Below, piece by piece: positions 1-11,724 of a stretch of DNA of 64,000 nucleotides (position 1 is its first letter; the number at the start of each line of letters is the position of its first letter). A program made the translations under genes and the position numbers. The notes under the pieces were generated by a model, which did not search any database, had not been told where the DNA came from, and was given only the letters and a program-made list of their open reading frames with translations. The stretch spans positions 1,438,787 through 1,502,786 of the forward strand of contig NC_057719.1 of assembly GCF_004010195.1 (NCBI RefSeq). The letters are read 5' to 3'. Source of the stretch: Chiloscyllium plagiosum. Lineage: Eukaryota.

Positions 1-256
1 AAAAGAGCCCTAAGGGGCAACTTTTTCATGTAGAGGGTGATACGTGTATGGAGTGAGCTGCCAAAGGATGTGGTGGAGGCTGGTACAATTGCAATATTTA
101 AGAGGCATTTGGATGGGTATGTGAATAGGAAGGGTTTGGAGGGATATGGGCCGGGTGCTGGCAGGTGGGACTAGATTGGGTTGGGATATCTGGTCGACAT
201 GGACGGGCTGGACCGAAGGGTCTGTTACCATGCTGTACATTTCTATGACTGTATGA
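1..256 (+). mobile_element. CR1 LINE 3' end fragment
   Basis: Carries the RGNFF..RVIRVWSELP C-terminal motif and a 3' UTR ending tctatgactgtatgac; the same tail recurs many times in the window. Confidence 0.8.
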
Positions 257-1189
257 CTTGTGAGATGGTTCACGAGTATTTGCAGTTCTCCTCCCCTTCC
301 CGAACCCCCATGCTGCAGTCATCTTTCTCCAGGGATCGGTTTCTGTGCAAACACTGGATCTTAGATTGTGAAGGATTAGTGTAATGGTATCTGATTTCTG
401 CCTCACCCAATTCCTTCTGTGGGTTGGTTACTGTTTGGATCACTGGATGACAATCAGGAGTGACATTACACTGATTTACTGCATAGAAACAGACCAGTCA
501 GCCCAAATGTTTCATGTAAATCTGACTCGAATCCCACATTATCCAAGTAACCCAGTTATCCCTCGCTTGCATTGCAGCTTCTCCTTAAAAGCAGATATTT
601 AATTTCCTTTAATTCCTTCTTGTGACAGCGAATTTCATCAAATATCTTGGCTATTCTGTCTGTATGCTTTTGCCAATGGCAAGAAAAAAAATGTGTGCAA
701 GGTGAAAAGGGCATTGCTGTTTAGCACTGAGAGCACCCTAACCATGACTAAATATTCCCCAGCTCCCAAAACCCAGGAACTGTGTTTGTATTTGGCAGTG
801 AATGAAACAACTTTAAATAGCAGATTTCTCACCTCTGGAGAAGTATTCTTAAAACCTGTGAGTACCATTCTCTACAAGGACATTAATCATTGAACAAGAT
901 GCACCAGCGTCATACTGGTGATTTAGTCAATTGATTCTTTGTTCTCTTCAAAACAACAATTTGTTTAGTAATCTATCCCCAAACAGTGAGGGTTTCAATG
1001 TGTCAGTGATTTTATTCAGAAAATTTTGAATGGAATGTTCCATCAGAAATAAAATTTAGTAAATTTAATGCCCTCACCATCCCAAAAAAAAAGGTACAGT
1101 CATGAAGTAATGAAAATATGTAATACATTGGTCGGTTTGTGGGCCTACATACAAAACTGACACATTGATGGGGAAAGGCACTTTTCAAC

Positions 1190-1775
1190 GAGAACTGACA
1201 GTTTTTACAGCACAGAAAGAGCTCTTTGGCCCATTGCTATGTATACTATGGCATTTCAGATATTCACGTGACTATTCTTTGACTATTTTGAGGGTTCCTC
1301 CTTTACTATTCTTTTGGATACCTCCTTAGACCCTCCCTTCGAGATATCTGCAACCCTCTCAGTGAAAGAAGATTTCCTCAAATCCCTTTCAAGCCTCTTA
1401 CTCCTTAGCTTAAAACTGTCCCCCTCTCTCGCCACCGTTGTTGACCCCTCTACTAAGGGGAAAAGTATTTTTCTCAAGAAATCCTGTCTAATCCCCTCAG
1501 CTTTGTGTAGCTCAATCAGATGCTGAGTCCTCCCTACAGCCTACTCCACTCATGAGGAATGGAACCCCTGGCTGTTTTGGCACGAATTGTTGCAAGCCAA
1601 GGAACTTCCTTATGGATCTCCTCTGCACCCTCTCTTTTGCAGTCCCATCCTTCCTCGTGCGGTGACCAGAACTATACACAGTACTCTAGCTGTGGCCTAA
1701 CTGATGTCTCACACAGTCCCATCATAACTTCCTATTCTTGTCTTCAGTATCTTGATTGATAAAGGCAAATATCCT
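1190..1775 (-). mobile_element. Degenerate CR1 LINE 3' fragment
   Basis: Minus ORF ILFPLVEGSTT...FKLRSKRLERDLRKSSFTERV resembles the CR1 ORF2 C-terminus. Confidence 0.65.
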
Positions 1776-1779
1776 ACAT

Positions 1780-3315
1780 GCCTTCCGAGACAGTTGACTG
1801 CATTGGTGCTGCTCCCTGAAGCAGTTACTTTGCCCCCAACTTCCTCCCTGCCCTTAAGTTCACTTGGTCGATCTCGAACACCTCCCTCCCCTTCCTTGAC
1901 CCCTTTGTTTCCATCTCTGGCGACAGTCTACAGATGGCCATTTACTATAAACCCACAGACTCCCATAACTACCTGGATTACACCTCCTCTCACCCAGTAT
2001 CATGCAAGAATTCCATCCTGTTTTCCCGATTCCTCTGCCATTTCTGCTCTGATGAGGAGACATTCCACTCCCAAGCATCCCAGATGTCCACCATTTTGAA
2101 CAACATCCTTCCCCATCTCTGTCATCCAGACAGCTCTCCACCACACCACCTCCATTCTCCGCTCCACCATTCCAAACCTCCTGCCCCCAAAAGCAATAAA
2201 GACAGAGTTCCTCTTGTCCTCACCTACCACCCCACCAGTCTCTGCATCCGATGTAACATCCTTGAATACTTCCAACTCCAACTGGACCCCGCCACCTAAA
2301 ACATCTTTCCCTCCCCAGCCCTCCCTGCCTTCCACAAGCACAGTTCACTTTGATAATCCTTGATTTGCGTCACTCTCCCCACCAATCCCCCTGAGCCCCA
2401 GGTGCCTTCCCCTGCAAACATAAAAGATGCAAAACCTACTGGTACGGCACCCTTCTCACCCTCATCCAGACCCCAAACAGTCCTTCTAGGTGAGACAGAG
2501 GTTCACCTGCCTCTACTCCAACCTGGTTGACTGCATCAGATGCTTTTGATGTGGTCTTCTCTACATCAGGGAGACTGAATGTAAACTCAGGGCACGTTTC
2601 ACCGAGCATCTCAGCCAGGTCTGCAGGGGCCCACCGGACCTCCCAGTCACCACCCATTTCAATTCCCCTTCCCATTCCCTTTCCGACATGACCAGCCTTG
2701 GCCTCCTCCATTGCCACAAGAGCTTTTGCCCGAAACGTTAATTTTCCTGCCACACTCAGACAGTGCCACACTCAGACAGTGCCACACTCAGACAGTGCCA
2801 CACTCAGACCGTGCCACACTCAGACCGTGCCACACTCAGACCGTGCCACACTCAGACCGTGCCACACTCAGACCCACACCCAGATAGTGCCACAGTCAGA
2901 CAGTGGCCACACTCGGATAGTGCCACATTCAGACAGTGGCACACACTGACAGTGCCACACACTGACAGTGCCACACACTGACAGTGCCACACACTGACAG
3001 TGCCACACACAAACCGTGCCACACACAAACCGTGCCACACACAAACCGTGCCACACTCAGACAGTGCCTGACCTGCTGTGCTTTTCCAGCACCACTCTAA
3101 TCTAGACACAGTGAATCATACCGCAAGTTCGAGGAACAATACCTCATCTTCTGCCTGGGCAGCCTACAGCCCAGAGGGCTCATCACTGAGTTCTCCAATT
3201 TCAAATAACCCCTCCCAACCCCCGACTCCCTTTCCAGCCAAACCACCACACCTCCACTACTCTGATCGACTCTTCCTTCCTGTCACCAACCGGATTCATT
3301 TCTCCCATCGTTCAG
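1780..3315 (+). mobile_element. Degenerate Penelope-like element (RT C-terminus and GIY-YIG endonuclease), interrupted at about 2718-3105 by a PLE tail with a minisatellite
   Basis: IYYKPTDSHNYLDYTSSHP, DRVPLVLTYHPT and a Cys-rich YIGET-like region; homologous to the PLE at 58557-60282. Confidence 0.85.
2747..3067 (+). repeat. Minisatellite, 16-bp unit CACACTCAGACAGTGC and variants, about 20 copies
   Basis: Tandem repeat read directly; units drift to CACACTCAGACCGTGC, CACACACTGACAGTGC and CACACACAAACCGTGC. Confidence 0.95.
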
Positions 3316-3319
3316 CTTA

Positions 3320-4050
3320 TTGACCGTACCTCCTACATTCATGTCTAGATCATTAATGTATGCAGCAAACAACAAAGGACCCTGCACCGAATCCTCTGGT
3401 ACTCCCTTGAATACAAGCTTATGGTCACAAAAACACCCTTCAACCATCTCTGTCTGCTTCCTGCTACCAAACCAATTTGGATCCAGTTTTCCAACTTGGC
3501 CTGGATCCCATGGTTTCTTAGCTTTTTAACCAGCCTGCCATGTAGACTTTGTCAGAAGCCTTACTGAAGGCCATGTAGACTACATCAACTGCACCACTCT
3601 CATCGAAACGTTTAGTCACCTCTTCAAAAAATTCAATCAAATTTGTTAAACATGATCTTTCCTTTACAAAGCCACGCTGACTTTACTTGATCATTCTTTG
3701 CCACTCCAATGGAGATTAATTCTGTTTCTCAGAATATTTTCCAATAGTTTCCCTACTGTTCTTGTTCAGTTCGTTGGCCTGTGGTTTCCTAGTTAATTTC
3801 TACTACCCTTTATGAACAATAGTAGAACCATAGCTGTTTTTGCCACATTATGCGAGATTGGAGAGGCTTTAAAAATTAATGTTGGAGCCCCTGCACTCAA
3901 AGCAGCCTTAGATAAATCTCATCTTAGCCTGGGGATTTCTCCCACTTTACAAGCCTGCTAAACCTGTTAATACCTCCTTTCTCTCTCATTTGTTTACTGA
4001 CTGTCCCCTTTCCCTACATCGAACACTTATTCAATGTGAATACTGATGAT
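3320..4050 (-). mobile_element. Old CR1 ORF2 (RT) fragment
   Basis: The reverse complement contains AVDVVYMAFSKASDKV and GVPEDSVQGPLLF-like RT motifs. Confidence 0.7.
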
Positions 4051-4898
4051 CACTGCGCATGATTAGCCTTCTCCTCAGACAGCACCTTTCATTTAATTAG
4101 TAGATGAAACCTTCTAGCCTGTATTGTTTCTGATAGGTTGACCCTGCTTGTAGTTGGTAAACTCATTTGTGCCTCTTTAATCCACAGAGAGAAAAAAAAT
4201 TGCATCTTTCACCTTTCAAGAGCGTCCCTAAGGATTTCATAGCCAGTGAAGTACTTTTGAAATGTAGTCACTGTTGTAATGAAGGAAAGAAAGCTGCCAA
4301 TTTGTTCACAGCAAACTCCTTGAGATGGTTACCAAACAGGTTGATATGGTGTATATGGATTTCAGTAAGGCGTTTGATAAGGTTCCCCACGGTAGGCTGT
4401 TGCACATAATACGGAGGCATGGGATTGTGGGTGATTTAGCGGTTTGGATCAGAAATTGGTGAGCTGAAAGAAGACAGAGGATGGTGGTTGATGGGAAATG
4501 TTCATCCTGGAGTTCAGTTACTAGTGGTGAACCACAAGGATCTGTTTTGGGGCCACTACTGTTTCTCATTTTTATAAATGACTTAGATGAGGGTGTAGAA
4601 GGATGACACTAAGGTCGGTTGAGTTGTAGATAGTGTTGCAGGATGTTGAATGGAATTGAATTGAATTGAATTTATTGTCACGTGTCCCGAGGCATAGTGA
4701 AAAGCTTTGTCTTGCGAGCAATACAGGCAGATCAGAGTTAAATTGCATAGATAAGTCATTGAGTCATAGAGATGTACAGCATGGATACAGACCTTTCGGT
4801 CCAACCCGTCCATGCCGACCAGATATCCCAATCCAATCTAGTCCCACCTGCCAGCACCCGGCCCATGTCCTTCCAAACCCTTCCTATTCATATACCCA

Positions 4899-5090
4899 GG
4901 AGAACGTGAGGACTGCAGATGCTGGAGATCAGAGCTGAAAATGTGTTGCTGGAAAAGCGCAGCAGGTCAGGCAACATCCAAGGGAGCAGGGGAATTGACG
5001 TTTCGGGCATGAGTCTGAAGAAGGGCTCATGCCCGAAACGTCGATTCTCCTGCTCCTTGGATGCTGCCTGACCTGCTGCGCTTTTCCAGC
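4899..5090. mobile_element. Inverted pair of PLE terminal repeats (family A) with a hammerhead motif
   Basis: An antisense tail copy is followed by a sense copy starting at CTGAAGA (5015); ctattcatat is repeated at 4884-4893 and 5090-5099. Confidence 0.85.
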
Positions 5091-6091
5091 TATTCATATG
5101 CCTCTTAAATGTTGCAATTGTACCAGCATTTCCACCACTTCCTCTGGCAACTCATTCCATGCATGTACCACCCTCTACGTGAAAAAGCTGCCCCTTAAGT
5201 CTCTTTTATATCTTTCCCCCCTCACCCTAAACCTATTCCCTCTAGTTCTGGACTCTCCGACACCAGGGAAAAGACTTTGCCTATTTACCCTATCCATGCT
5301 CCTCATAATTTTCTAAACCTCTATAAGGTCATCCCTCAGCCTCCGACGCTCCAGGGAAAACAGTCCCAGCCTATTCAGCCTCTCCCTATAGCTCAAATCC
5401 TTCAATGCTGGTAACATCCTTGTAAATCTCTTCGGAACCCTTTCAAGTTTCACAACGTCTTTCCGATAGGAAGGAGATCGGAATTGCATGCAGTATTCCA
5501 ACAGTGGCCTAACCAATGTCCTGTACAGCCGCAACATGACCTCCCAACTCCTGTACTCAATANNNNNNNNNNNNNNNNNNNNNNNNNNNNNNNNNNNNNN
5601 NNNNNNNNNNNNNNNNNNNNNNNNNNNNNNNNNNNNNNNNNNNNNNNNNNNNNNNNNNNNNNNNNNNNNNNNNNNNNNNNNNNNNNNNNNNNNNNNNNNN
5701 NNNNNNNNNNNNNNNNNNNNNNNNNNNNNNNNNNNNNNNNNNNNNNNNNNNNNNNNNNNNNNNNNNNNNNNNNNNNNNNNNNNNNNNNNNNNNNNNNNNN
5801 NNNNNNNNNNNNNNNNNNNNNNNNNNNNNNNNNNNNNNNNNNNNNNNNNNNNNNNNNNNNNNNNNNNNNNNNNNNNNNNNNNNNNNNNNNNNNNNNNNNN
5901 NNNNNNNNNNNNNNNNNNNNNNNNNNNNNNNNNNNNNNNNNNNNNNNNNNNNNNNNNNNNNNNNNNNNNNNNNNNNNNNNNNNNCTGCTCTGCCCTCATC
6001 AATCTTCTTTGTTACTTTATCAAAAAACTCAATCAAGTTTGTGAGACATGATTTCCCACGCACAAAGCCATGTTGACTATCCCGAATCAGT

Positions 6092-6173
6092 GCTGAAAAT
6101 GTGTTGCTGGAAAAGCGCTGCAGGTCAGGCAGCATCCATGGAACAGGAGAATCGACGTTGCGGGCATAAGCCC
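6092..6173 (-). mobile_element. Short PLE tail insertion (family A)
   Basis: Matches the tail of the 58557-60282 PLE; TSD atccc(g/t)aatcagt at 6079-6091 and 6174-6186. Confidence 0.85.
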
Positions 6174-9100
6174 ATCCCTAATCAGTCCTGCCTTTCCAAA
6201 TACTTGTACATCCTGTCCCTCAGGATTCCCTCCAACAACTTGCGCACCACTGAGGTCAGGCTCACCGGTCTATAGTTCCCTGGCTTGTCTTTATCGCCCT
6301 TCTTAAACGGTGGCACCGTGTTTGCCAACCTCCTGTCTTCCGGCCCCTCACCTGTGACTATCGATGATACAAATATTTCAGCAAGAGGCCCAGCAATCAC
6401 TTCTTTAGCTTCTCACTGAATTCTCGGGTACACCTGATCAGGTCCTGGGGATTTATCCACTTTTAACCGTTTCAAGACATCCAGCACTTCCTCCTCCGTA
6501 ATCTGGACATTTTGCAAGATGTCACCATCTATTTCCCTCCAGTCTATATCTTCCATATCCTTTTCCACAGTAGATAATTATGTAAAATATTCATTTAGTA
6601 TCTCCCCCATTTTCTGTGGCTCCACACAAAGGCTGCCTTGCTGATCTTTGAGGGGCCCTATTCTCTCCCTAGTTACCCTTTTGCCCTTAATATATTTATA
6701 AATATCCTTTGGATTCTCCTTAATTCTCTTTGCCAATGCTATCTCATGTCCCCTTTTTGCCCTCCTGATTTCCCTCTTAAGTAAATAATAGGTAACAGCA
6801 GCAAAAACAAAAACACAGGTTTGCTAAGAGTTTGTGAGTCCATTCAGTATTCTAACAACAGTGGGGTAGAAACTGTTTCGAAACTGGCTGTTGTGTGTTC
6901 AGGCTTCTGTACCTTCTCCTCCATGGTTGAGGTTGTGGAAAAACATTACCAGGGTGGGATGGATCTTTGAGAATGCTGGCGGCCTTTCCTTCACAGCGGG
7001 GCCTGATAGATGGATTCTATAGATGGGAGGTTGGCCTTCGTGATTGCCCGGGCCGAGTTCATCGCTCTCTGTAAATGTCTCCAATCTTGAATGATACAGT
7101 TGCCATACCAGGTAGTGATACATTCAGACAGAATGCTCTCAATGGCGCACCTATAAAAGTTGGCATCGTCATGCCAAATTTCCTCAGCTGCCTGACGAAG
7201 AAGAGACGTTGTTGGGCGTTTGTAACCAGTGTGTCCACATGAAGAGTCCAAGAAAGCTTGTTGTGGATGACCACTCCCAGGGGTTTGACACTCTCCACTT
7301 GTTCCACCTCTGTGCTGGGGGGCATGAGTAACATCCCGCCGAAAGTCAATAATGAGTCCCTTGGTTTTGCTGGCATTGAGAGCTAGGTTGTTCTCAGTGC
7401 ACCATTTTTCCAGGTCTTCCTCCTCCTGTCTGTAGTCTGTTTTGTCGCCATCTGAGTTTCGACTGACTATGGTGGTGTCATCAGCGAACTTGTAAATGGC
7501 ATTAAACTGGTATTTGGAGATGCAGTCATGGATATACAGTGAGTACAGTAGGGGGCTGAGTATGCATCCCGGGGGTTTCCAGTGTTGAGGGTTAGTGAAG
7601 ATGAAATATTGTCCCCAATCTTCACTGATTGTGGCCTGTGGGTCTGGAAACTGAGGGTCCAGTTGCTTAGTCCGAGATCACCATTCTAATTTTCACTCTG
7701 ATCTCCAGCATCTGAAGTCCTCACTTTTGCCAAATTGGAGTGGATCAAGAAGAGTGGGGAGGCTGGAGTTGATTAATGCCATGACCAGCCTTTCAAAGCA
7801 CTTCCTGACCACCGAAGTTAGGGTCACTGGGCGGTAGTCATTGAGACATGCTGCATGAGCCTTCTTAGGCACAGGGATGATGTTGACCCTCTTGAAACAG
7901 GCAGGGACAGTGGCATGCTGCAGGGAGAGGTTGAAGATGTCCAAGAAGACCTCTGCCAGTTGACCTGCACATGCTCTGAGTGCACGGCTGGTACTCCATC
8001 TGGTCCTATCACTTTCCTTGGATTCACAGAAAGAAAACTGATCTGACCTCTGATGCAATGACTGTTGGGTTCGGTTCGTCAGGACTTGTCAGAATAGGTG
8101 TTAGCTCTCCGCCACAATTCTGCTCAAAGTGAGTATAGAAGGCTTTGAGATGATCTGGGACGGATATATCATCATCTACTATCTTGCACGGTCTTTTTTT
8201 AATAACCTGTGATGTCATTCAGTCCTTGTCATAGTTGCCGGGTGTCTGGGTTTCTAGTTTGGATTGGTATTGGTCCTTGGCTGTCTTAATGGCTCTGCAA
8301 AGGTCACACTTGGATTGCTGATATTTGAGTGGGTCTCCTGATCTGAAGGCCTCATGCCTGGTTTTTAGCAGGTTCTGTGTGTCCTGGTTTATCCAGGGTT
8401 TCCTGTTGGGGAACACCTGGATTGACTTCCTCGATATACAGTCCTCCACACACTTGCTGATAAAGTCTGTGACGGTGGTGGTATACCCGTCCAAGGTACC
8501 TGCCGATTCCAGACAGCACCGGAGTTGATCCTCTGCCTCCTCCGACCAGCACTGAACCTGTATTTGCGAGGGGGAATCTCCTGCTTGAGCTTTTAACTGC
8601 AAGTGGGAGAAGAAACACTGCATTATGGTCAGAGTTTCCAAAATGAGGGTGGGGGGATGGAGCGGTAGACATCTTTCACAGTGGTGTCGCAGTGGTCTAA
8701 AATGTTTGGGCCCCTAGTGGGGCAGGTAATGTTCTGGTGGTACTTGGGCAACACCTTCCCTAGATTGGCTTGATTGAAGTCACCAGTTATAATTAACAGG
8801 GCCTTGGGGTGTTCCATCTCCAGGGTGTTAGTAGGGGAGTACAGCACATCCAGAGCTGCTTCAACCTTTTGCTTGTGGCGGTATGTACACAGCAGTTAGT
8901 ATTGCAGCAGGAAATTTCTGTGATAGATAGAATGGGCGGCATGTGATTGTGAGGAGAATTCAAAGTTTGGGGAGCAATGGCTACCCAGGGTTGGAATGTC
9001 CGTGCACCACAAAAAGCAAACCCCTCCACCCTTTGTCTTACCCGAGGATGCTATGCGGTCCATATGATGGGATTGAAAAACCACCAGCATGAAGTGCACA

Positions 9101-10682
9101 GTCGGGAATGGATGGGCTGAGCCAGGTTTCTGTGAAGCAGAGTGCGCAGCAGTCCCACAGTTCACGCTGGAAGCTAAGCCATGATTTGAGTTTGTCCATC
9201 CTACAGAGGGACCTGGATAAGCTGCAGAGCTGGGCTGAGAGGTGGCAAATGGAGTGTCGTACAGAAAAGTGTGAGGTGATTCAATTCAGAGGAAGCAGAG
9301 AAAACTGGGCTAACTTTAGGATTCTTGGTAGTGTAGATGAGTAGAGAGATCGCTGTGTCCATATACATAGATCCCTGAAAGTTGCCACCCAGGTTACAAC
9401 ATAGACCATAGGATATAGTAGCGCAGTACAGGTCCTTCAGGCCTCGATGTTGCGCCGACCTGTGAAACTAATCTGAAGCCCATCTAACCTGCGCTATTCC
9501 ATTTTCATCCATATGCCTATCCAATGACCATTTAAATGCCCTCAAAGTTGGCGAGTCTACTACTTTTGCAGGCAGTGCTTTCCACGCTTCTGCTACTCTC
9601 TGAGTAAAGATACTATCTCTGATATCTGTCCTATGTCTATCACCTCTCAGTTTAAAGCTACGTCCCATCATGCTAGCCATCACCATCCGAGGGAAAAGCG
9701 CGGCTGCATTTGGACTATTGCTTACAGTTCTGGTCACTGCATTATGGGAAGGCTGTGGAAGCTTTGGAAAGGGTTGAGGAGATTTACTGGGATGTTACCT
9801 GTTATGGAGGGAAGGTCTTACGAGGAAAGGCTGGGGGACCTGAGACTGTTTTCGTTAGAGAGAAGAAAGTTGAGAGGTGACTTAATTGAGACATAAGTGG
9901 GTTAGATAGGGTGGATAGTGAGAGCCTTTTCCCTCTGATGGTGATGGCTAGCACGATGGGACGTAGCTTTAAATTGAGGGGTGATAGACATTGGACAAAT
10001 GTCAGAGGTAGTATCTTTACTCAGAGAGTAGTAGAAGCGTGGAAAGCACTGCCTGCAACAGTAGTAGACTCACCAACTTTGAGGGCATTTAAGTGGTCAT
10101 TGGATAGGCATATGGATGAAAATGGAATAGTGTCGGATAAATGGGCTTCAGGTCGGTGCAACATCAAGGGCCGAAGGGCCTGTACTGCACTGTAATGTGC
10201 TCTTTTCTATGTCCTTCAACAGCTATGTGACGATGTTTGGGTAATTTGTTTCCTTCCTCTTTTTGAGGGATAAGTATTGGTCAGAGTACTGGGAAGTTTA
10301 CCCCTTCTACAAAATAGTGTTGTGAGAAGTTTAACATTTACCAAAGAGTGTAGGCAGAGCTTTGGTTTAATATTTTGCCTGAGAAATGTTTCGTTAAGAA
10401 GAGTCAGTTATGTGTGTTTATTTTTAAATTTATTTATTATACAGTTTACTCCATTTCATTATTTGAAACAACAGCAGACTCACTGTTGTCAGCACATATT
10501 GTCTGGAAGCTTCCATGTGCATTATTTGGATAGGAGGTATCGGGAGGCAGCTCTAATGGCACCGTCCTCAGCTCGGGAGTCGCCCAAGTGGGTTCCTAAT
10601 GAGTGGAGACTGTAGCACATTCTATAAAGAAAGGGACAGCTAGGAAAAGCATGCATTTATATCATCTTTGGCACCCTAAATT

Positions 10683-11355
10683 AGAGTCCTAGAGATGTAC
10701 AGCACAGAAACAGACCCTTTGGTCCAACTCGTCCATGCCAACCAGATATCCTAAGTTGATCTAGCCCCATTTGCCAGCATTTAGCCCATATCCCTCTAAA
10801 CCCTTCCTATTCATGCACCTTTCCAGGTGCCTTTTAAAGGTTGTAATTGTACCAGCCTCCACCACTTCCTCTGGCAGCTCATTCCATACATGTTCCACCA
10901 TCTGCGTGAAAACGTTGCTCCTTAGGCTACTTTTAAATCTTTTCTCCTCTCACCTTAAACCCATGCCCTCTAGTTCTGGACGCCCTCAGCCTCTGACGCT
11001 CTAGGGAAAACAGCCCTAGCCTGTTCAACCTCTTCCTAAAGCTCCAACCGTGGCAACATCCTTGTAAATCTTTTCTGAACCCTTTCAAGTTTCACAACAC
11101 CCTTCTGGTAGGAAGACGACCAGAATTGCATGCAATATTCCATAAGTGGCCAACCAATGTCTTGTACAGCCGCAACATGACCTCCCAACTCCTGTACTCG
11201 GTTCTCTGATCAATAAAGGAAAGCATACCAAATGCCTCCTTCACTATCTACCTCTGTGACTCACTTTCAAGGAGTTATGAACCTGCACTCGAAGGTCTCT
11301 TTGTACAGCAACACTCCCTAGGACCTTACCATTAAGTGCATAAGTCCTGTTCTGA
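10683..11355 (-). mobile_element. CR1 LINE 3' fragment
   Basis: CR1 tail (agagtcctagagatgtacagc) and antisense ORF2 C-terminal sequence. Confidence 0.8.
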
Positions 11356-11724
11356 ATTCTTGCCCTGAATTCTTCCAAATTTTTTAAACAAAATTTGATA
11401 TTGAACCATATTGAGATATTAAGCTGAAATAATGCTTGGCCAAAGAGGTAGGTTTTTGAGGACTATCTTAAAAGCAAAGAGATTTAGGACTGAGGTTTCT
11501 GAGATCTGGCTAGCTGAAGACACCTCTGTAATTGATGTGACGACAGGAATGGGGTCTATGATAGAGGCCAGACTTGGAGGAACTTGTGATCTTGCAAGAG
11601 GTTGGCAGCAGTTGGGATAAAATGAGGCCTTGTGGGGGGGGGTGCTTTTTGAGTGTTTGTTAGCCTCTGGAGTTCTCTACCCAGTGAGTAGCAGAGACTG
11701 TGTCGATTAAATGTTTTTAAGCAG

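Larger units (their letters stand above)
4757..6777 (-). mobile_element. 5'-truncated CR1 LINE nested in the Rex1 3' UTR (contains an assembly gap)
   Basis: PGNYRPVSLTSVV, DSQHGFVRGKSCLTNLIEFF, LYRTLVRPLLEYC and the CR1 tail; short TAAGT direct repeat at both junctions. Confidence 0.85.
4648..9190 (-). mobile_element. Rex1/Babar-clade LINE, decayed (APE endonuclease and RT); its 3' UTR is interrupted by a CR1
   Basis: [53 protein letters not shown]...IIPVPKK...[34 protein letters not shown] and FYRCAIESIL...WYGNC. A (TTCAA)n tail lies at about 4648-4672. Confidence 0.85.
4330..10205 (+). mobile_element. CR1 LINE RT and 3' end, split by a Rex1 insertion (pieces about 4330-4647 and 9193-10205)
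   Basis: The left piece (VYMDFSKAFDKVPH...[13 protein letters not shown]...GVVDSVAGC) continues in the right piece (ILQRDLDKLQSWAERWQME...RRFTGMLP...RVVEAWKALP) and 3' tail. Confidence 0.8.

Noticed and set aside
2747..3067. Regular repeat array that could be mistaken for CRISPR
   Set aside because: Head-to-tail units with no unique spacers, eukaryotic context and no cas genes.
5313..6135. Long ORFs spanning N runs (also at 53037-53688, 59704-60214 and 61136-61579)
   Set aside because: Their length is an artefact of assembly gaps; the real parts are CR1, PLE or SINE sequence.
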